Positions 39,712 through 48,425 are shown, counted from the stretch's first letter. The stretch: 64,000 nucleotides of DNA from Thermoplasmatales archaeon (GCA_027310185.1 DAIDBH010000007.1:13891-77890); one strand, 5' to 3'. Notes: generated by a model not told the origin, from the sequence alone. A program made the numbers and translations.

Positions 39712-40471
39712 GCAAAATTTATATTTATAAGCGCATACTATATCCATGGATCACTCTTATGCAGGAACTCAAAAGAGTAAGTCAACTCTTATCCTTTCAT
39801 ATATAATGATGCTAAGCGGTGCACTCTTATTGGCATATGCTTTTGGTGCATTCAGATTTATCTAAAATTTACAATGTAACGACATTCCATTTCTATCACT
39901 ACAGTAACAATTTCGAAACCAACATTCTAGCTTAAAATATCCCAACATAAGGGATTCTATATCAATTACACAGTTTTCAGTCAATTCATTTTTATTCATA
40001 TCAAATTTTAAAACGATTTAAGGCATATCTCAGAGTCTCTTAATAGTATTCATCACCGAAGTTTGAGGGAATTTGACAGTTTATAGTCTTTAGGAAAGTT
40101 TTGTGAATTTTGGTTAATGGACCTCTCCTGGTAACTGAATTCAAATCTCAATCAGATTGAGACATGTCAATATGTCCATTTTGTCATGTCATGATCTTGT
40201 TTTGAATGATTTATTTATATACTCTTAAGACCCAGTGAAAGAGTTCTCTTAACTTACCAATCACAAACCTATTTAAAGAGTTGAATAATGTCATGTTATG
40301 GGTTCTGTGGTTCCGATTCCCAAAAACATGATGATCCAGTCAAGTGGAAGATCTCCAGGATCTTTGTGTTAATGGCATCGAGTTTTATCCTTATGATCAC
40401 TTTCCCAGTGTCAGTGATAAGGACCACCCTGTAAATTTGTTACTGTAGTAACAGGTTTCAAAAAAATATCA

Positions 40472-40750
40472 CTATTCATTGATTTTTCTTTCTCCTGACA
40501 GGCCTTCCCATTTTCCGTAGTATGCTGCAATGCTCCTTAATGGAAGATATTTGAACAGCTTAACGTCATTGGGCAGCTTGTTATCCTGGATGAAGTTGTA
40601 GATACTATAAGGGCAGTCAGGATTCTTTCCCTGCATTGCCATATAGAAATCACAAAGCTTCATGAATTTCTCCATCCTTGCAGTCAATGGTTTTGGCATG
40701 AACTGGTCTAATGTTATCTGAACCTGCCTTGAGGGATGCCTTGAGATCAA
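40472..40750 (-). CDS. Hypothetical protein (element operon)
   Basis: 92 aa, TTG start overlapping upstream stop. Confidence 0.6.
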   Translation of the reverse strand: MISRHPSRQVQITLDQFMPKPLTARMEKFMKLCDFYMAMQGKNPDCPYSIYNFIQDNKLPNDVKLFKYLPLRSIAAYYGKWEGLSGERKINE

Positions 40751-40920
40751 GATGCACCACCCTTCATGCCATAGTCATCATCGGGATCTTCATCCGGATC
40801 GATAGGCAGCTCACCAGGATCATCAGGCAGTATGGGTATGTCTATTCCAGGTTCAATATCCCATGGCCGATCAGGATGCCGTTTTTCAGGTATTATTGGA
40901 GCTGATCGAATCGTTGTCAT
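40747..40920 (-). CDS. 57-aa Pro/Asp-rich acidic peptide
   Basis: Hand translation MTTIRSAPIIPEKRHPDRPWDIEPGIDIPILPDDPGELPIDPDEDPDDDYGMKGGAS; coupled by ATGA and TTGA overlaps on both sides. Confidence 0.7.
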   Translation of the reverse strand: MTTIRSAPIIPEKRHPDRPWDIEPGIDIPILPDDPGELPIDPDEDPDDDYGMKGGAS

Positions 40921-41393
40921 TGTGGACCATCTCCCTTATGGCCATTGGTTCTATTCTTCTTCAGCCTTTCAATGATTTCCTGCCTCTTTTCCTCACTCAT
41001 TGAGTTCCACTTTTCCCTTGCTGCTGTCATCCTGGTAAATTCTCCCTGGAAGTATCCCCGGTATGGCAGCTCATTCCTGAGATCTTCCGGCATCTTCTCC
41101 CAGTATCTATGCCTTGTAGACTTTGCCATGCCGCATTGAGGATCTCCATCAACATAGGATCTCATCTCGATCAGGATATCTAAAGGACACTTTGGAGCAT
41201 CGCATGAGTCATACCTTGAACAGTATGACATGGTTTTGATTGAAAGAACTTCTTTGGATTGTGTCAGTTCGCTTGATTTTTGTCTTTCTGTAGGTATTGT
41301 CAGGATTGCTTGATACCCCCCTGACTGTTTATATTGCCCTGACTTACCATGGGATGGGAGACCCTGCATTTTAGATTTATTTGAGGATTTCAT
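40917..41393 (-). CDS. Hypothetical protein with Cys cluster
   Basis: CSRYDSCDAPKCPLD...C motif; start uncertain. Confidence 0.65.
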   Translation of the reverse strand: MKSSNKSKMQGLPSHGKSGQYKQSGGYQAILTIPTERQKSSELTQSKEVLSIKTMSYCSRYDSCDAPKCPLDILIEMRSYVDGDPQCGMAKSTRHRYWEKMPEDLRNELPYRGYFQGEFTRMTAAREKWNSMSEEKRQEIIERLKKNRTNGHKGDGPQ

Positions 41394-41637
41394 TTACAAC
41401 CACCGTTATTATTGCTGATTTGCTTATTATGAGCCTCTTCCTGTTAGGCTGCTCTATTTCCAGGGTATACTGGCCTAGAGATCTCAGAAAGCCGGATTCA
41501 GTCCTGTTGTTGACCATGGATATTGTGAGTGATTTTCCTATCAGGGATGTATTGAGTGGTTCAGGATTGGTATAGTTTCTTGGTCCGGTCCAGATCGTTT
41601 TGACTGGTGCTTTCCCCCTGTAATCACTCAAATTCAT
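41377..41637 (-). CDS. Hfq/Sm-fold-like small protein
   Basis: LIGKSLTISMVNNRTESGFLRSLGQYTLEI...RLIISKSAIITVV aligns by eye with Hfq Sm1/Sm2. Confidence 0.65.
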   Translation of the reverse strand: MNLSDYRGKAPVKTIWTGPRNYTNPEPLNTSLIGKSLTISMVNNRTESGFLRSLGQYTLEIEQPNRKRLIISKSAIITVVVNEILK

Positions 41638-41755
41638 TACCCCCTTCATTGAAGATCTTATTGCCGATATATACCAGGACTCTAGCCAGGTAGTATGTGA
41701 TCCTGTTGTCCAGGATTCTTCTTATTGTTTCAGCTGCATTATCGCTTATTTTCAT
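41624..41755 (-). CDS. Small hypothetical protein (43 aa)
   Basis: MKISDNAAETIRR..., abuts upstream stop and overlaps the downstream gene. Confidence 0.5.
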   Translation of the reverse strand: MKISDNAAETIRRILDNRITYYLARVLVYIGNKIFNEGGNEFE

Positions 41756-41756
41756 C

Positions 41757-42053
41757 TTAATTTGCCCCCTTTTTCTGGCTTTCTTCATTCCGTAGAAATT
41801 CCAGGGCAAGAGTAGACTTGTTGATTCGGACTCTGTTCAGGGAAAATTTCCTGATCTCAAATTCATAAAGGACTAACCTGAATAAAGCACCTGAGAATAA
41901 GGCCTTATTCAGAGTTTCATCCTTGTATTTGACAGTCATGTCCTCATCCGTTCTATTCTTGAGTTCCATCTCGCAATTGAAGAGCTCGCCCAAGTTTTGG
42001 ACTGCTTCCTTCAAGCATTCCATGTTTCCTTCTTTCACTTCTATACTTTCCAT
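41757..42053 (-). CDS. Hypothetical protein
   Basis: MESIEVKEG..., preceded by purine-rich GGAGAAGTGA. Confidence 0.6.
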   Translation of the reverse strand: MESIEVKEGNMECLKEAVQNLGELFNCEMELKNRTDEDMTVKYKDETLNKALFSGALFRLVLYEFEIRKFSLNRVRINKSTLALEFLRNEESQKKGAN

Positions 42054-42057
42054 TTTT

Positions 42058-42324
42058 TCACTTCTCCTTGAGGCTTGAGGCTGCCCCTGAGCCATCCTGT
42101 AAAAAATTAAGGATCGTAAGATCTGAGTTCAGCTCAGATATGGATATCACTTTCTCAAGTGGTATTTTATGAGTTCTACCCGACTTCAACCCGTCCATGA
42201 TTATCCTGTTGAAAACTACCATGCGAAGCTCACCGGTTAGCCTGTAAGGTGCATTCTTAGGGCCGATGAAATTAACACTCACCATCGATCCCTTAAGGTT
42301 GTCAAGATCACCTGGTGATATCAT
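42058..42324 (-). CDS. Small protein, possible Sm-like fold
   Basis: LDNLKGSMVSVNF....LTGELRMV..NRIIMD....THKIPLEKVISI; ATGA overlap with helicase. Confidence 0.55.
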   Translation of the reverse strand: MISPGDLDNLKGSMVSVNFIGPKNAPYRLTGELRMVVFNRIIMDGLKSGRTHKIPLEKVISISELNSDLTILNFLQDGSGAASSLKEK

Positions 42325-44960
42325 GGCTGATCACCTTCCTTGTGATCCGGATTATCCACTATGACGGCTTTGTGTTGCTGTACAAGAGTCCATGCCAGTT
42401 CCTCAGGAACATGAGCCATGTCTCCCTTGTGAAGATAATAATCCTTGTTGATCCAGGATACACCATTAGAAAGATCTTCAAGAACAGTTACCAGGACATA
42501 ATTTATTTGTTCCAACTTCTTTCCTGTAACACTGATTGTGCCATTGTGAAGTGTTATAAGGCCATCAGCTGCCATTGAAGGTAATACCCTTTCATTGAGA
42601 TCTTCCAGGGAAACTATCAGGTCCTTGCTTTTCGTTGGCCAGTTCTCAAGAATGGTTGAAGGCTTGATCTTTATCTCAGGTTTTCCCTGAGAGATCTTAC
42701 TAGCGATCTCAAGGATAGTTTTCTGAATCCGTTGAGTTTGATTCAGTCGCATTATTTGTTCTTGTTTTGAAGTCGTGCAGGGGGGTAGATCATTTTGAGA
42801 GGTAGAATTTACGGCTTTCTCTGATGTTACGGAATCCTGCACGACTTGTTGGGGCAAACTACATACATGATCAGTGTTGTTTTTGTCAGTATTATTTTCC
42901 ATCTCGCATGGCAAGAATTGCCCAAATAAGTCGTGCAGCTCATTCAACATCAGCGGAGCACGGGAAATATAGGTTTCCCAAGTCATTTCAGGTGCTGCAC
43001 GACTTGATCTTTGTTCATCATTTTCTTCTTCCTCTGGCATGGTTGCGAATGTTACTTTTTTTCTTTTGCCTTTAAATCTTCCTTCATCTATTGTCCGTTG
43101 AGCAATCACAAATTCATGATTTCTAAGCCAAACAGAAAACGTTTGTTGCTTCACTGGTTCGATCTGTTTCCGCTTGGCCCATGCAGCATAATCCTCATAG
43201 AGATCATCCACGATCTGCATATTTTCGTTATTTTCGCTGCTTGGCTCCGGAACAATAGATTCTGCCCATACTCGAACCGAATCAGCATGGAATTCCCATA
43301 ACTTTTCAAGTTCATCGTTCGATTTTTGACTTGTAAACCTCCAATTGTTCGCCACAAGATATGCTAACCCAATGAGTCCATTCAGGAAAAAACCATCAAT
43401 CATCTTCAACATTCTAGGTTTAAGGCTCTCATCAGCTGTGGAAGCTGAATTTAGGACAATTAAGAGCATTCTTCTCCATGCTCCCCCTGCCTGTGTGATT
43501 CTAAAGAGAGGAGGAGCACTGCCCCAGAATGCCTTGAAGATCGGTCTCTCGACTGTTGGATCATGAAACTTTTTCTCCATCTCGGCGGGTTCGCCACCGA
43601 AGAGATCGTTGACTAGGGCAAAGTCGTGAATACGAGTGTGCGCCAGATCACCCCATACCAATCCTAATTTGTTCTGTAAATTCTGTTTGCTGAAGTGCTC
43701 TCTTGAATCAGCCAATTTATGTGGGCCAGCTCTAGCAAAGAGTGATTGTGAACCTACGGTCAACATCAATTCAACCGCTGCTAGATGTGTCCCTTTCCCG
43801 CTGCCTGGGTCACCGATTAGAGTAAGTATTGAACGCTCCGTTGGCAAAGGATAGGTAGTAATCAAAAGGTACCCAAGCATCTCGTAAAAGGTACGAGCGC
43901 CGTTTACACCCATAGCGCCAACCGTAAATTCCCACCACTCACGTGACTGCATCTCAATTTCAGGGTTTTTTATGTTCACATTCATAGCATAAGTTAGAAG
44001 GTGACCAGGATTGAATTCCTCGAGCCTCACGTTTAATTTATGGCCATCCCATGACCCCTGAATAGTACTGTCATTCAGGGTCATTCTAAACAAACCACCC
44101 TCTGGCGGTTGATTTAGTTTATCCCACGGAATGACGTTTCTAGCTTTCAACCTCGCAGATACCTCTTCAACCGTGGAAGTTCGTATCTCCAAGTCTCCAG
44201 GGAGTCTCAAGCATTCCTCTAGTTCAGTGATACCTAGATTTTCCTCACTCTCTTTACGATTACTTTTTTCCTTTATTTTTTTAATTTCATCCAGTATTCG
44301 CCGATCATGCAACGCGTGTATTTGTTTAGACCTCTCAAGCATTAGTCTTCTGAGTTTCTCTAGCTCCTTAGCAACCCTCACATCACCATCGAGTCGGTAA
44401 AACTTAGAGAACGAAAAGAGAGGGATTCGATCAATCTTCGCTCCTGGAGACTCAATGGATATAAACTCCAAATACTTACTCAGATTATCCGCTATTCTGG
44501 AAGTTTTTTGACGGTCTAGGTAATCTGAATAATGTTTGATCCCTTGTGCTGTTCTGATCACCTTTTCTATTGGTACTTCCCTATCCGCGGATGATTGCGT
44601 TGTCCCTTCAGATACCTGCCTATATTCTAAAAAATCAAAAGTTCCAGATTGTATTGCTCTTAAATCTCTTTTAATTTCTTCGATCTCCGAGATCCTCTTC
44701 TTGATTATTGCGCGTGTCTCTTCATTTTTAGATTCATCGAGTTTTGCATTACAATATTTTTCATCATGTTCTATTCCTATCTCAAAATTTGAGCTGTGAT
44801 CCTCATCTAAAGGACGAATTCCTCTTCTAAATAGCTCGAATTGCCTTTTTAACTGCTCATGCATACTTGGACTGTTAAAATCCTTGTTAATGAATGCAAT
44901 GTCATTATTTGTGAATTCGTCCCCTTCTGCAGGTTTTCTCTTCATTGTTTCATTCAACAT
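42321..44960 (-). CDS. SF3/D5-like replication helicase with C-terminal wHTH and GINS-B-like domain
   Basis: D5_N-like FNPGHLLTY, EMLGYLL, Walker A GDPGSGKGT, EKKF, Arg finger GAWRRM, 'LYEDYAAW' wHTH. Confidence 0.8.
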   Translation of the reverse strand: MLNETMKRKPAEGDEFTNNDIAFINKDFNSPSMHEQLKRQFELFRRGIRPLDEDHSSNFEIGIEHDEKYCNAKLDESKNEETRAIIKKRISEIEEIKRDLRAIQSGTFDFLEYRQVSEGTTQSSADREVPIEKVIRTAQGIKHYSDYLDRQKTSRIADNLSKYLEFISIESPGAKIDRIPLFSFSKFYRLDGDVRVAKELEKLRRLMLERSKQIHALHDRRILDEIKKIKEKSNRKESEENLGITELEECLRLPGDLEIRTSTVEEVSARLKARNVIPWDKLNQPPEGGLFRMTLNDSTIQGSWDGHKLNVRLEEFNPGHLLTYAMNVNIKNPEIEMQSREWWEFTVGAMGVNGARTFYEMLGYLLITTYPLPTERSILTLIGDPGSGKGTHLAAVELMLTVGSQSLFARAGPHKLADSREHFSKQNLQNKLGLVWGDLAHTRIHDFALVNDLFGGEPAEMEKKFHDPTVERPIFKAFWGSAPPLFRITQAGGAWRRMLLIVLNSASTADESLKPRMLKMIDGFFLNGLIGLAYLVANNWRFTSQKSNDELEKLWEFHADSVRVWAESIVPEPSSENNENMQIVDDLYEDYAAWAKRKQIEPVKQQTFSVWLRNHEFVIAQRTIDEGRFKGKRKKVTFATMPEEEENDEQRSSRAAPEMTWETYISRAPLMLNELHDLFGQFLPCEMENNTDKNNTDHVCSLPQQVVQDSVTSEKAVNSTSQNDLPPCTTSKQEQIMRLNQTQRIQKTILEIASKISQGKPEIKIKPSTILENWPTKSKDLIVSLEDLNERVLPSMAADGLITLHNGTISVTGKKLEQINYVLVTVLEDLSNGVSWINKDYYLHKGDMAHVPEELAWTLVQQHKAVIVDNPDHKEGDQP

Positions 44961-44966
44961 TTTTGT

Positions 44967-45182
44967 TTACCTCCCTTGTCCTGTCTTAGCTAATTGTTTT
45001 TCAGTCCTCTCCAGCTCCTTAAAAAATGCTGAACCGTGGTATTTTGTACACTTCACAGAGGATAAACTTAAACTTATTTTGGATACCTTTTTATCTTTAG
45101 ATGTATTAATAAAATTACAGTCAGGCAGCAAAACTTGGCCGTCTTTTGAAGGGGTTTCCCCAAACCCCATCACGTCTATCAT
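44967..45182 (-). CDS. Small hypothetical protein
   Basis: 71-aa ORF between regulator and helicase. Confidence 0.5.
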   Translation of the reverse strand: MIDVMGFGETPSKDGQVLLPDCNFINTSKDKKVSKISLSLSSVKCTKYHGSAFFKELERTEKQLAKTGQGR

Positions 45183-45183
45183 A

Positions 45184-45339
45184 TCATAGATCCCTCATTT
45201 GCCTTTTTGGGACCTTATTGGCCAGTTTGACTTTTGCGTAGTCACTTAATAGGTCTTCTCCGGAAAGCCTTCTCCATGCCTCAAATAACCTTCTAGGGTC
45301 CCCGAACTGGTATCCACTCTCATCACTGTTTTCTAACAT
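45184..45339 (-). CDS. Small hypothetical protein (51 aa)
   Basis: Hand translation MLENSDESGYQFGDPRRLFEAWRRLSGEDLLSDYAKVKLANKVPKRQMRDL; GGAGG upstream. Confidence 0.55.
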   Translation of the reverse strand: MLENSDESGYQFGDPRRLFEAWRRLSGEDLLSDYAKVKLANKVPKRQMRDL

Positions 45340-45517
45340 GTTCTTTGTCCTCCTTGTCCCCTTCTAAAAGTCTGCTCGTTTCATGATTAGCAGCGTATTC
45401 AATGAGTGCGATTCTAAAGAGCTGAGAAACACTAGAACCAATTCGACTGGAACACCGAACAGCGAGTGCTTTTTCGTTTTCATTAAGGGAAATTGCCGTA
45501 ACTCTTCTCTTATCCAT
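45323..45517 (-). CDS. Ribbon-helix-helix (CopG-like) regulator
   Basis: VTAISLNENEK...SSVSQLFRIALIEY; first gene of leftward operon. Confidence 0.7.
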   Translation of the reverse strand: MDKRRVTAISLNENEKALAVRCSSRIGSSVSQLFRIALIEYAANHETSRLLEGDKEDKEHVRKQ

Positions 45518-45622
45518 ATTTCATCTAATGCAGGAGATGTTTATTAAGATTGCTATAATCTCTGTATAAATCTTATGAATAATATTATAAGTTTCAGCAT
45601 ACAAATCTGAGCAAACAGTTAT

Positions 45623-46642
45623 ATGATCAAGATTATTACTCAGTTCATGGCTAGAAGAAGAAGAATGCGGATTGTTACTGGAACCTCAATTCATATCGAT
45701 GACTGGCTTTATATCGGATCAACTGAGTTAATGAACACCATCACAAATCTCTCGGGTCAGACAGATTATCAAAACCCGCTGTTGACGCTGAGTGATACTA
45801 TTCTTACTCTCGTATCTTATTCGATACAGTTTGAAGATCTCCCATCAAAGGGTGAAAAGACGCTCCTGGGATTATTAGACGCTGCGAACAGAAAAACACC
45901 TGCAATTACAGTCTCCATAAACTACAGTGACAGATTCAAATACGTGATTGATTCTCTCATGACAAAGTACAAAGTTATAGGGACTAAGATATCATTTGGA
46001 GAAGCAGTGAGGGTTGCCCTTTATTCCGCTATCAGTAGATACAACAAAGAACCAGAGAAAATACTCTTACCACTAATGCTACTCGTCTCGCTTTCTAACC
46101 CTGTGCTTACTAACAAAGAAGATTATGAAAGAATAGAAGACATCACTACCTTCACTGTTCCATCTTTTGAACCCTCAATGAAGGAGGGTTTGAAGGAATA
46201 CTATAAAAGAATACCGAATTATTTCGTAGATTCTGTTCTTGACAAAGGCAGAAGTGGTCAAATCTCCATTGGCTACCTTGCTCTAGAAATGGCAAAGATT
46301 GAGCTGTCAAGCCCTTCGGCTTACAAAGAGACGAAAGAGGAGAGGCTGTCTGATTCTGTCAATTCATCGGGTTCGGAAGTGGCGGCTATGGGATACGTTC
46401 TTTGTGCCGTTTGGTCTAAATACACGAATGATACTTTGTTGAGAGAGACATTTCGGTCTGCCGAGAATTTGGATCAGCTGTCATCGGTCCATTCCACCGT
46501 CCAGGAATCTTTCTCGGCATACTCCCTTATTCTCATGATGCTTATTTATCACAGTTCACTCATTCGTGAGATTAAGACAACCATAGCAGAGAAGGTCCGT
46601 CCATTCTACCTCAATGTATTAGACAAGTTTTTCTCGGATTAA
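45623..46642 (+). CDS. Hypothetical protein, possible RHH-containing regulator
   Basis: 339 aa; ITVSINYSD...ISFGEAVRVALY resembles RHH; divergent from CopG-like gene. Confidence 0.55.
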   Translation: MIKIITQFMARRRRMRIVTGTSIHIDDWLYIGSTELMNTITNLSGQTDYQNPLLTLSDTILTLVSYSIQFEDLPSKGEKTLLGLLDAANRKTPAITVSINYSDRFKYVIDSLMTKYKVIGTKISFGEAVRVALYSAISRYNKEPEKILLPLMLLVSLSNPVLTNKEDYERIEDITTFTVPSFEPSMKEGLKEYYKRIPNYFVDSVLDKGRSGQISIGYLALEMAKIELSSPSAYKETKEERLSDSVNSSGSEVAAMGYVLCAVWSKYTNDTLLRETFRSAENLDQLSSVHSTVQESFSAYSLILMMLIYHSSLIREIKTTIAEKVRPFYLNVLDKFFSD

Positions 46643-46757
46643 GATTATAGATATTTCTATTGAAATATTAATATATTTCAAAATTCCGATCCTAAGTATA
46701 TAAAAGAAGAGCAAAAATAGGTCTATTGTGAACCACTGTTATGGACATTTATATGTA

Positions 46758-46832
46758 TGCAGGTGCCGGGATTTGGACCCGGGTTGAAAGCTTGGAAGGC
46801 TCTCGTGCTAGACCAGACTACACTACACCTGC
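46758..46832 (-). tRNA. tRNA-Gly(TCC)
   Basis: GCAGGTG...AGAGC-CTTCCAA-GCTTT...CCGGG-TCCAAAT-CCCGG-CACCTGC-A cloverleaf. Confidence 0.93.
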
Positions 46833-46892
46833 TCACAGGGAGATTTATTCTTCTTATTTATTTCTATTTATAAGTTTCCGGTTTTCCTCGAA

Positions 46893-47579
46893 TCACTGAG
46901 CGAACGTTACCTGCTGGGTTACATTGTAATACTTTGATCCAGAATGAAGTTCTGTAACGAGCTTGACAGATGCAAGATAACCCAGATCCTTCAGGTTCAG
47001 GTATATTGCCTTGTCCTTATAATGCTGACTTATTATTGTTGTAGGTGACGCGGCCCCACCAACCAGGGCAGACGTCTTTATGTAAGATACATTGGCATTG
47101 AATGATATCACATCTCTCAGCGAATAATTAACTGGCCCAGAAGTTAGTACATATTCCCCGTTTGTCTGATTCACTGCTACCCAGACACCATTATGACTTA
47201 TTTGAAGAGACAGGTCTGGTGAAGTGTTGACGCTGATTGGCGGATTAAGCGCAATGGACCAGAACAGGATTGATGCCAGCAGGAATACCATGAGCATGTA
47301 GAATTTATGGCTTCCTTTCACTGGTAGTTTGATCCTCAGAATTCCGAGTATTTTGAATAGACCTATGAAAAGCACAATGAATAACAATATTGAAAGATCG
47401 CCCAAGCCTCTTATTTGAAGATATCCTTCAAGAAGACCAGAACCAATGGCCAGCAGGAAGACAAATATTGTACTCTTTGCCCTATCCTTTTCGTATCTGA
47501 GAAATTGTTCCTCGCTGAATTCTGGTTCTTCAAACAATGGTTCATTTTTAGGCTTAGGCATTTTTTCTGAGATGTTCAT
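46893..47579 (-). CDS. Hypothetical membrane protein
   Basis: 3 TMs plus extracellular beta-rich domain; coupled to tpiA. Confidence 0.7.
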   Translation of the reverse strand: MNISEKMPKPKNEPLFEEPEFSEEQFLRYEKDRAKSTIFVFLLAIGSGLLEGYLQIRGLGDLSILLFIVLFIGLFKILGILRIKLPVKGSHKFYMLMVFLLASILFWSIALNPPISVNTSPDLSLQISHNGVWVAVNQTNGEYVLTSGPVNYSLRDVISFNANVSYIKTSALVGGAASPTTIISQHYKDKAIYLNLKDLGYLASVKLVTELHSGSKYYNVTQQVTFAQ

Positions 47580-48223
47580 ATCATTAATGAATTTAACGCG
47601 TAAAAAGGATCCTTTGCCCTGACCACTCCAGATGAGACCAGGATGCCTGATGCACCAAGTTCTCTTGAGATTTCTACATCTTTTTTATTCTTTATACCCG
47701 CTCCCACGAGAAGCTGGGCGCCATACCTCTGGCAGATGGCAACAGCCTGCTCTATAATATGAGGCTTTGAGATGGACACGGATGTGTCACCACCAATAAG
47801 CTCCGGGGGTTCATATGCTACAACTGATGCACCCATTTCGCATATTTCTCTTGTTTCTTCAAGATCCTTTGAACATATGATCAGGTTAAAATCGAGTTCA
47901 TTTGCCTTTGAAATTGTGCTCTTTATTGTGGATTTTGGTATTCTCCTCTCGGAATGATTGACAAGTGACCCTCTTATACCGAAGGAAATTAACTCTTCCA
48001 TTAAAATGTGGCCGGTGTGAGCTCCAAAGGAAACCGAGTCTACATGCTGTGATATCAAATTTTCAAATTCTTTTCCAAGATGGATTCTGGTTACAGGTAC
48101 TGCAAATTTGAGTGCGTCCGTTGATCTTTTATTTAAGAACTTTTTCAGGATGACCTCGGTATTGTTGCCCAGGCTTTCAGAATATGTCTTCAAATTCACA
48201 ATTGTTTGAAACATGTTTTTCAT
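47576..48223 (-). CDS. tpiA: Triosephosphate isomerase (archaeal type)
   Basis: VNLKTY, GAHTG, NHSERR, AYEPPELIG, GAGI. Confidence 0.95.
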   Translation of the reverse strand: MKNMFQTIVNLKTYSESLGNNTEVILKKFLNKRSTDALKFAVPVTRIHLGKEFENLISQHVDSVSFGAHTGHILMEELISFGIRGSLVNHSERRIPKSTIKSTISKANELDFNLIICSKDLEETREICEMGASVVAYEPPELIGGDTSVSISKPHIIEQAVAICQRYGAQLLVGAGIKNKKDVEISRELGASGILVSSGVVRAKDPFYALNSLMI

Positions 48224-48351
48224 TACCCCATGCACCCATGCATAAACATATTTTGTTTTCAACGTTGAATAGTGAAGCACTTATTACTATGGAATAAAAG
48301 AAACATACAACAATGAAAATCTTTAAACCAATGTAAAGATTTAGGATGGCT

Positions 48352-48425
48352 GGGTCTGTAGCTTAGCCAGGTAGAGCGATGGACTCTTAATCCATAGGCC
48401 GGGGGTTCGAACCCCCTCAGACCCG
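48352..48425 (+). tRNA. tRNA-Lys(CTT)
   Basis: GGGTCTG...ATGGA-CTCTTAA-TCCAT...GGTTCGAACC...CAGACCC-G. Confidence 0.95.

Larger units (their letters stand above)
32318..46768. mobile_element. ~14.45 kb integrative element (provirus/satellite/plasmid-like) in tRNA-Gly(TCC)
   Basis: 12-bp direct repeat ATGCAGGTGCCG at 32318-32329 and 46757-46768 (tRNA 3' end); integrase next to the distal copy; replication helicase, regulators and coupled small ORFs inside. Confidence 0.92.

Noticed and set aside
35500-40460. Repeats considered as a CRISPR array or canonical dif sites
   Set aside because: Copies are hundreds to thousands of bp apart, no cas genes; arm sequence next to the spacer differs from the dif pattern (CATAA-N6-TTATG)
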